From Candidatus Marinacidobacterium sp. (lineage in GTDB: Bacteria; Acidobacteriota; Vicinamibacteria; Marinacidobacterales; Marinacidobacteraceae), in contig OZ242011.1 of assembly GCA_965204755.1 (NCBI GenBank), positions 1,344,001 to 1,408,000 of the forward strand: a stretch of 64,000 bases of DNA, read 5' to 3'. The translations under genes were made by a program, and so were the position numbers. Positions 57,300-64,000 of this stretch are shown here, in pieces (the stretch's first letter is position 1; every line of letters begins with the position of its first letter). The notes under the pieces are model-generated. The model had not been told where the DNA came from. It saw only the letters and a list, made by a program, of their open reading frames with translations, and made no database searches.

Positions 57300-59527
57300 G
57301 CCGCCGCCTCCTCGCCTTCGGCCGCGCCGTCCGCCCGGGCCCGCACCAACGCGGCGTACTCCCCGTCCCGCTCCATCAACTCCTCGTGCCGGCCCGACTC
57401 GGCGATCTCGCCATCGCGCAGCACCACGATCCGGTCGGCGTCGCGGATGGTGTTCAGACGCTGGGCGATCACGATGCGGGTGCACGAAAGCCGCGCCAGC
57501 CGGGACTGGATGGTCGCCTCCAACCGCGTATCCAGGTGGCTCGTCGCCTCGTCCAGGATCAACACCGGCGGCGCGGTCGCGATCGCCCGCGCCAACGCCA
57601 GCCGCTGCATCTGGCCGCCGGACATCAGGAAGCCGCCGTCGTAGAGCATCGTGTCGTAGCCGAGCGGCAACTTGGCGATGTCGTCGTGGATGCAGGCGAC
57701 CCGCGCCGCCTCGATGACTTCCGCGAGCGACATCTCCGGGTTCCCGAGCGCGATGTTCTCGCGCACGCTGTCCGCGGCGTACCAATGCGTCTGCGTCACC
57801 GTCCCGATGAGCCGGCGGACTTCGCGCACATCCAGACTGCGGAGGTCGGTCCCGGAGTAGAGCACATGCCCCTTCGTCGGCTCGTAGAGGCCGAGCAGCA
57901 ACTTCGCGATGGTGGACTTGCCGGCGCCCGACCGCCCGACGAACGCCACGAACTCGCCCGAGCGGATCTTCACGGAGAGGTCCTTCAACACCTCCGGCCC
58001 GCTGTCGCCGTACCGGAACGAAACCTGTTCCAGCGCGATCTCGCTCAGGTCGGCGGCGACCGGACGCTCGATGCGGCGTTCCGGCTCCGCGGTGATGACA
58101 TCCTCGATCCGGTCCACATAACTGCCGACGAGGTAGATCGAAGAGATCGTCCCCACCAATGACGAAAGCGGCCCCAGGAAGCCCGTGGCGAAGGCATTCA
58201 TCGCCAGCATGACGCCGAGCGTCAGGTGCCCGTCGAGCACGCGCTGCGCCCCCACCACCAGGATCAGCACCATACCCAGACTGGAGAGCGCGCCGGTCGC
58301 GGCCCCCACGGAGGCGTTCATCCGGTTCTGCTCGATCCCGATGTTCAGTTCGCGCACGAACAGGTCCGTCCACTTGCGCGCCACCTGCCGCTCGGCGCCC
58401 ATGGACTTCAGCGCCTCCATGCCGGAGAGCATCCGCACCTGGTAACTGCGGGCGTCCGCCTGGCGCTGGATGGACTCGGACACCAGTTCGCGGCGGCGCA
58501 CCCGGGTCACGAGGAACACGGTGACGCGCAGGATGCCGAGCACGATCACCACGCTGCTGATGACCAGGTCGGTCAGCAGCATGAGCACCAGGTAGGAGAG
58601 GACGAACAGGCCGTCGAGCGCCGCCGAGAACGCTGTCGAAGTCAGCGCGTTGCGGATCTGGACATGGCTGTTCATCCGCAGCATGAGGTCGCCCGACGAC
58701 CGGTTCTGCAGGAACGAGAACGGCAAGTCCATCAGGTGATCCACGAAGGACACCGTGAGCCGGGCGTCTATCCGCGACATCACTTCCACCATCAACCGGG
58801 AACGGATGAAGGTGAACACCGTGGAGAACAGCGCAATGCCGACCAGGGCGACCGCCACGGTGAGCAGCAGGCTGTAGTCCCGGCGCGGGACGATGCGGTC
58901 CACCAGCAGGGCGGTGAAGAGCGGCGTCGCCGCGCCGAGCACCTGGATCGTCGCCGACATCGCCAGGAGTTGCGGCAGGTGCCCCGAGCGCAGGATGACC
59001 CGCGCGTAGTCGCGGAGCACGCCGCTGCGCTCCGCCTTCTTCGACGAGAAAGTGTCGGTCGGCCACAACTCCACCGCCACTCCGGTGAAACTGCGGCTCA
59101 CCTCTTCCCAGGGGACGAGCCGCCGCCCCATCGCCGGGTCCATGACCCGCAGGCCGCGGCGGGTCGGCCGGTCGAGCACGACGAAGTGGCTGAACCGCCA
59201 ATGCAGGATCGAGCCCTGCTGCAGCCGACCCAGGTCCTCGATCCGGTCCACGCGCACTCCGCGCCCGCCGAGTCCGTGCTCCTCGGCCATATGGAGCAGG
59301 TCGGCGGCGGTGGTGCCGTCGCGGCCGGGGTCGAGCCGGTCCCGCAGCACCCGGACCGGCGTATGGCGGCCGTGGAGCGCCAGCGCGCCGGCCAGGCAGG
59401 CGAGCCCGCACTCGGTCGCCGCCGTCTGCTGGACGAAGGGAACGGTTCGCGGGCGGCGGATCTGGCCCAGGCCCCGGAGGTTCCGGACCGAAGCGGCGAA
59501 GAAGGAGAACCGCGTCGGCTCAGGCAC
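57296..59527 (-). CDS. C39 peptidase-containing ABC transporter (PCAT, LanT-type)
   Basis: QQTAATECGLACL, HFVVL, MDP; TM domain; GRSGAGKST, SGGQ, ILDEATS. Confidence 0.95.
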   Translation of the reverse strand: MPEPTRFSFFAASVRNLRGLGQIRRPRTVPFVQQTAATECGLACLAGALALHGRHTPVRVLRDRLDPGRDGTTAADLLHMAEEHGLGGRGVRVDRIEDLGRLQQGSILHWRFSHFVVLDRPTRRGLRVMDPAMGRRLVPWEEVSRSFTGVAVELWPTDTFSSKKAERSGVLRDYARVILRSGHLPQLLAMSATIQVLGAATPLFTALLVDRIVPRRDYSLLLTVAVALVGIALFSTVFTFIRSRLMVEVMSRIDARLTVSFVDHLMDLPFSFLQNRSSGDLMLRMNSHVQIRNALTSTAFSAALDGLFVLSYLVLMLLTDLVISSVVIVLGILRVTVFLVTRVRRRELVSESIQRQADARSYQVRMLSGMEALKSMGAERQVARKWTDLFVRELNIGIEQNRMNASVGAATGALSSLGMVLILVVGAQRVLDGHLTLGVMLAMNAFATGFLGPLSSLVGTISSIYLVGSYVDRIEDVITAEPERRIERPVAADLSEIALEQVSFRYGDSGPEVLKDLSVKIRSGEFVAFVGRSGAGKSTIAKLLLGLYEPTKGHVLYSGTDLRSLDVREVRRLIGTVTQTHWYAADSVRENIALGNPEMSLAEVIEAARVACIHDDIAKLPLGYDTMLYDGGFLMSGGQMQRLALARAIATAPPVLILDEATSHLDTRLEATIQSRLARLSCTRIVIAQRLNTIRDADRIVVLRDGEIAESGRHEELMERDGEYAALVRARADGAAEGEEAAA

Positions 59528-59554
59528 GGGTCGGGCGCCGGGGGGAAGCGGGGG

Positions 59555-60598
59555 TCACGACGAGTCGTCGGTGGCCGGGAACACTTCGGGATGCGCGGCG
59601 CGGCAACCGGCGAACCGCTCGTCGGCGATGGTCCGGCGCGGCGGAACCGAGATCCGGGCGGGAAGGCCGGACGGCAGCCGCTCGCCGCAGAGCGCCGCCT
59701 CGACGAAGACGAGCAGCGTGCGGGCATCGATCACCGGCGAAACCGCCAGGACGACGCCGGGCTGCACCGCGTGCCCTTCGGTCCGCACCCACAGCGGATC
59801 GCCGGGGAGGAGGAACTCGGCCGCGTCGGTGGGCGCGGCGAAGCGGATGCGCCACTCGCCGGCGCCGACCGCGAAGACGGTCGCTCCGCGGGTGTAGTAG
59901 GCGCCGGGCGGGCCGTGGACTTCGGAAACGACCCCGGTGAGCGGCGAACGGAGGGTGGCGCGGGCCAACTCCGCCTCCGCGTCGGAGAGCGCGGACTGCG
60001 CCTGGGAAAGACGCGCTTCGGCGGCGTGCAGCCGCGCTTCGGCGATCTCCACTTCGGCCCGGATGTCTTCCATCTGTTCCTGCGAGAAGAGATCCGGGCG
60101 CTCCAGGCGCCGCTCGTAGCGCCCGGTCGCCTGCTCCGCTTCCACCTGCGCCGCGTGGAGGGCGGCGTCGGCCTCCGAAACGGCGGCGCGGGCGGAAGAA
60201 ACCTGCCGCTCCGACGCGTCCGTGTCGAAACGCCCCAGGACCGCGCCGGCGGTCACGGATTGCCCGGGCATCGCCAGACTCTCCTCCAGGCGGCCGTCGA
60301 ACGGCGCCGGGATGCGAATCTCCCGTTCGCGCACGACGACCCCGGTATAGACCTCGCCCCCGGCGGCGAACCGCTCGACAGCGTCGTCCGATTCCGCCGG
60401 CCCGGCCCCGGAGCGTTCCGCCGGAGACGCCGCCATGCCGGACGACGCCGTTCCACCGGGCGCCGCCGGTTCGCCGCCGCAGGCCGCGAAGACGAGCGGG
60501 GCGAGGATCGAAACGCAGAAGGAGCGAAACAGGCGACGCGACGCGGGCGCAGGGGCCGCCGCGCGAACGCTCCGCCGACGACGGCGCGCCCCGTCCAT
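59555..60598 (-). CDS. Efflux periplasmic adaptor / membrane fusion lipoprotein
   Basis: Lipobox-like VFAAC, APFDGRL..GQSV..G.VL, coiled-coil hairpin, LRSPLTGVV. Confidence 0.82.
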   Translation of the reverse strand: MDGARRRRRSVRAAAPAPASRRLFRSFCVSILAPLVFAACGGEPAAPGGTASSGMAASPAERSGAGPAESDDAVERFAAGGEVYTGVVVREREIRIPAPFDGRLEESLAMPGQSVTAGAVLGRFDTDASERQVSSARAAVSEADAALHAAQVEAEQATGRYERRLERPDLFSQEQMEDIRAEVEIAEARLHAAEARLSQAQSALSDAEAELARATLRSPLTGVVSEVHGPPGAYYTRGATVFAVGAGEWRIRFAAPTDAAEFLLPGDPLWVRTEGHAVQPGVVLAVSPVIDARTLLVFVEAALCGERLPSGLPARISVPPRRTIADERFAGCRAAHPEVFPATDDSS

Positions 60599-60606
60599 GT
60601 CCCGGG

Positions 60607-63600
60607 TCAGGCGGCCGCGCCGACGCGGCCGCGCGCCAACAACGAGCGGTAAGCGCGGCTCAGGAAGTCGTGGAGTACCAGTTCGTGCTGGCGCGCCGAG
60701 GTTCGCAGGAGGCGGTTCGCATGCATGTGCGTGAAGTCCCGAAGGATCGCGAACAGCGGACGCCCGAGTTCCCCCGCCTCGGCCCGCTCCCGGAGCCGAC
60801 GCGCGAGCGGCTCGGTTCCGGACGACCGCCGGCGAAACGCGGCGTCCACCGCGGACAACGGCCCGTCGGCCGACGAATCCTCCCCCGACAGCAGCCGCAG
60901 CACCCCCGGCAACTCCCGGCGCAGCCGCCCCGCCAACCGCCGACGCAGCGGCGCCCCCACCGAGAACTCCCGCCCGAAGTTCTCCCGCGCCTCCTCGATC
61001 ACCTCCCGCCGCTCCTCCACCGAAAGCCCGAAGTCGCCGAGCAGCCGGTCGAACCCCAAGAGCGCCGCGCGCCAGCGAAGCCCCTCGTCGCCGGTCTCCT
61101 CCACCGCCCGGAGCACGGCGAGCGCCGCTTCGCTGTCCAGCCGGAACCAGTCCTCGGCCAACTCGATGCCGCGGCCGCCGCCGTAGCGCTCGATCTCCCG
61201 CACATAGGTGTCCACCGACATCCGGTGCGCCAGCCCGTCGCGGAAGAACGGCTGCGTCAACTCCGCCGCCCGGTCGTCCAGCCGGCGCTGCGTCTCCCGA
61301 CTCGCCCGGAACCGCGCCCGCAGGTGGTTCTCCGGGTCGGAGTAGCGGAGGAAGAACCACGGCGCGTCCGGCTCCCGCTCCCGGTGGAGGGCAGCCAGCG
61401 GCGCCACCACCTCCCGCAGCAGCGGGTCCGCGCTCACCGGAGCGGCGTAGATCTTCAGGAACAGCCACTCGTCCCCCGGCGGGAACACCCGGCGGACGGC
61501 GGCCTCCCCCGGCGCGGAAGCCGCCGCCCGCGCGGGCCCCTCCCGTTCGGCGGCGTCCGGTTCGCGGGCTTCCTTCCGCACCAGCGGCAGGACGATCTCG
61601 TGCCGGTGGCGCCCCTCCGGGCTCTCGACGCACCCGCCGAGATCCTCCGCCGGCACTTCCTCCAGCACCAACGACGGCCGCTGCCGCGCATAGTCCGCCA
61701 GCACCCGCCGGCAGAGTTCGTTCTCCAAGTCGAGCAGCAGCCGGTTGTCGCCTTCCGAAAGCCGCACCCACCGGGGCAGGCCCAACTCCCGGACGAGGGC
61801 GGCCGCCGCCCGCTCCCGCTCGCCGGGGGTCTTCCCCTCCGCCACCCGCTCGTAGGCCTTCCGCCCGCGCCCGACCCGCCAGCGGGCCAGCGCGTACACG
61901 GCGCGCCCCCGCACGACCCGCGGCAGGTAGGGCAGCGAATCCAACGATCCCCAGCCCCAGCCGAAACCCTCGCGCCGACCCTCGCCCTGCAGGGCGCAGA
62001 GAAAGCGGTAGAGCCCCGGACTGCGCCGGAAGTTGTGCGCCGAAGTGAGCCGCGGGCGCACCTCCCGCCCGTCCTTGCGGGACCGCAGCCGGAACCGCCC
62101 CCGCTCCAGTCGCAGCAGCAAGTCGGCGGCGGTCAACCGGGAGTCGCCCTCGAGCCGCGAGTTCCCGGCGCAACTGATCTCCACCTCCCGCAGCCGCGGC
62201 CGCCGCACCACATTCCCCACCCGGCCCTCCGGGGTGTGGACCACCTCCGCCAGCACCGCCTCCGGCGCCAACGCCTCTTCTTCCCGGAGGTGTTTCCGCA
62301 CCCATTCGCCGAGTTCCGGGTCGAGGTCGCAGAACCGCCCCAGCAGCCGCGCGCCGGACGGCCCGTGCGCCCCCCGCACGAACAGCCGGTAGTCGCCCCG
62401 CTGCACCGCCGCCTCCGACTCGGCCCAGATCTCGAACTGCAGGCTCAGCGCATCCGGCAACTCGGCGCTCTCCGCCGGCGCGAGCCGGGCCAGCAACTCG
62501 TCGTCGAGTTCCACGGTGGGGGGCAGCGCGCCGCCCGCCTCGAGCGCCCCCGCCTGCAGCCGCTCCCACATCCCGTCGGCGAAGGCGGAACGCGGCGCGC
62601 CGCCCGCGCCGCCGCCCGCCCGCCCCGGGCCGATGTCGAGACCGGCCAGGAGCGGGGACGCGGGGAGACGGGGCCGCAAGTCCGCGCCGGGCAGTCCGAT
62701 CCCCCGCTCCGGATCGAGCGCCTCCGTCAGCGGGACTTCGCGGGACTCGTAGCGCTCCCGGAAACGCGACTTCAACTCACGCAAACCGTCCCCCGCCGCC
62801 CCCGCCAGCCGCCGGAGCGGTTCGGCGGCGCCGAGCGCCTCGTCGACGACGGACTCGTCGAGCCGCAGACCGGGCGCCTCCCGGAAGAGGTCCACCTGCA
62901 ACAGCCGATCGGAGGCCTTCATGCCCAAACCGTCCGTCCAGACCGCACCGACCGCGTCCCAAGCGTCCCGGGAAGCGCCGACGCCGCCGGCGTCCAACCG
63001 GCGGATGGCTTCGCGGAGAGGCCGGACCCGCTCCGCCCCGGCCGCAGGCAAGCGCTCGAGCAACTGGTCGAGCGGGTCGTCCCCCACGACGGCCGGCATC
63101 CAGTCCGGCGTGAGGACCTGCGCCTCGATCAAGTCGTCCACGAAGGCCGCCACTTCGTCTGTCGAAGCGTCCGAGGCCAACTCCGCCACGGCCTCCGCCA
63201 ACTCCGCCGGGGAAGCGCCTCCTTCGGCCCGACGGAGCGCCGCGTCCAGGACCGGGGTCACCTCGACGAACTGCGCTTCGTGGCGGATCTCGCCGCCGCT
63301 CTGGCGGAACTCCACATACTGGCAGCCCCCCGAGACCGGCGCCAAGGTGTCGTTCGGCCGGTAGCGGGCCGAGCGGCGGACCTCCGGGTCGCCGCGCAAC
63401 CCGTCGGCGAGCGACGCCAGTTCTCCCAAGTCCAGCGTGGATCGGCGGCGGCAGCCGGCCAGATCGGCGAGCCGGAGCCGGGTCTCCCCGCCCACTTCGC
63501 CGACGGAAACCCCGGCGAACAGCCCGAACGGCGTGCACCGGTCGCTCATCCGGGCGAAGTACTGGATCAGGGAGCGGTCGAGCCGCGCCCGCTTCCGCGC

Positions 63601-63894
63601 CGACCGCTTCCCGGTATCCGCGTTCATCGCGTCCTCCAAGCCGGGACTGGCGACCCGCAGGGCATCGCGCACGGCCGGGGACGAGAGGACGCGCTCCAAC
63701 TCGCGACGAAGCGATGCTTCCCCAGGCGTCCCGGCCGCGGTTCCCTCGCCGGCGTGCGCCGCCGCCCGGTCCCGCCAGCCGCCGAAGGCCGACGCCGGGA
63801 GCAGCGGCGACCGAAGGACGAAGAAGCCGGAAGGCCGGAACTGCCCGGTCAGCGGGCCGGGCGTCGGCGGTGCGCCGGTTGCCTTCTCTCCCAT
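60607..63894 (-). CDS. lanB: Class I lanthipeptide dehydratase (glutamylation plus elimination domains)
   Basis: RSPLLP, YFARMSDRCTPFGLFAG, YLPRV, WLFLKIY, WFFLRYSDPENHLRARF, YVREIERYGG, HMHANRL. Confidence 0.95.
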   Translation of the reverse strand: MGEKATGAPPTPGPLTGQFRPSGFFVLRSPLLPASAFGGWRDRAAAHAGEGTAAGTPGEASLRRELERVLSSPAVRDALRVASPGLEDAMNADTGKRSARKRARLDRSLIQYFARMSDRCTPFGLFAGVSVGEVGGETRLRLADLAGCRRRSTLDLGELASLADGLRGDPEVRRSARYRPNDTLAPVSGGCQYVEFRQSGGEIRHEAQFVEVTPVLDAALRRAEGGASPAELAEAVAELASDASTDEVAAFVDDLIEAQVLTPDWMPAVVGDDPLDQLLERLPAAGAERVRPLREAIRRLDAGGVGASRDAWDAVGAVWTDGLGMKASDRLLQVDLFREAPGLRLDESVVDEALGAAEPLRRLAGAAGDGLRELKSRFRERYESREVPLTEALDPERGIGLPGADLRPRLPASPLLAGLDIGPGRAGGGAGGAPRSAFADGMWERLQAGALEAGGALPPTVELDDELLARLAPAESAELPDALSLQFEIWAESEAAVQRGDYRLFVRGAHGPSGARLLGRFCDLDPELGEWVRKHLREEEALAPEAVLAEVVHTPEGRVGNVVRRPRLREVEISCAGNSRLEGDSRLTAADLLLRLERGRFRLRSRKDGREVRPRLTSAHNFRRSPGLYRFLCALQGEGRREGFGWGWGSLDSLPYLPRVVRGRAVYALARWRVGRGRKAYERVAEGKTPGERERAAAALVRELGLPRWVRLSEGDNRLLLDLENELCRRVLADYARQRPSLVLEEVPAEDLGGCVESPEGRHRHEIVLPLVRKEAREPDAAEREGPARAAASAPGEAAVRRVFPPGDEWLFLKIYAAPVSADPLLREVVAPLAALHREREPDAPWFFLRYSDPENHLRARFRASRETQRRLDDRAAELTQPFFRDGLAHRMSVDTYVREIERYGGGRGIELAEDWFRLDSEAALAVLRAVEETGDEGLRWRAALLGFDRLLGDFGLSVEERREVIEEARENFGREFSVGAPLRRRLAGRLRRELPGVLRLLSGEDSSADGPLSAVDAAFRRRSSGTEPLARRLRERAEAGELGRPLFAILRDFTHMHANRLLRTSARQHELVLHDFLSRAYRSLLARGRVGAAA

Positions 63895-63956
63895 GGGCGG
63901 GGCGGGAGGTTACCGGGTGCCCGCCGCCCGCGATGCGAGGACTCTCCCGGCCCGGG

Positions 63957-64000
63957 TCAGGACAGCAGGAGCAGCCGATCCCAGGCGGGGTCGGTGTCGG
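63957..64000 (-). CDS. lanC: 3' end of a probable lanthionine cyclase (runs off the window)
   Basis: Manual translation ...DTDPAWDRLLLLS*, a typical LanC C-terminus, directly upstream of lanB. Confidence 0.75.
   Translation of the reverse strand, partial: DTDPAWDRLLLLS

Noticed and set aside
55098-63956. A lanthipeptide precursor ORF inside the window
   Set aside because: Intergenic gaps are only about 8-60 nt and no short Ser/Thr/Cys-rich ORF with a leader was found.

Overview
GC-rich bacterial chromosomal window. The Cys-rich insert near the RpoB N-terminus suggests Acidobacteriota (inference). Positions 1-22.3 kb hold the core transcription/translation supercluster on the minus strand: tRNA-Thr/Tyr/Gly/Thr, tuf, rpmG, tRNA-Trp, secE, nusG, rplKAJL, rpoBC, rpsL, rpsG, fusA and rpsJ-rplCDWB, with no tuf after fusA. 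Positions 22.3-39.6 kb are minus-strand housekeeping genes: selA, purH, a TPR protein, a LolB-position lipoprotein, ispE, tRNA-Gln, prs, rplY, pth, rpsF, rpsR, rplI, dnaB, radA, ispDF and rlmB. Positions 39.7-55.1 kb are mixed and partly accessory: thiS-thiG-nth, an LLM oxidoreductase, an AbrB/PIN toxin-antitoxin pair, an oxidoreductase-SelD fusion, periplasmic hydrolase and PQQ-type dehydrogenases with a DUF262+HEPN pair between them, an HD protein, an orphan Phd antitoxin and a DUF4062 protein. Positions 55.1-64 kb are the distal part of a class I lanthipeptide cluster: lanC 3' end, lanB, a membrane-fusion protein (MFP), a C39-peptidase ABC exporter and a second MFP carrying signalling domains. 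Three things stand out. (1) RNA polymerase beta' is 1857 aa because one clamp-region element has been enlarged and repeated five times in tandem (about 88-98 aa each). (2) The lanthipeptide export adaptor appears to have a PilZ-like / pseudo-receiver / GAF / TM / HlyD architecture. (3) Short tandem duplications and low-complexity tails recur throughout core genes. All calls come from reading motifs by eye; no database search was run.
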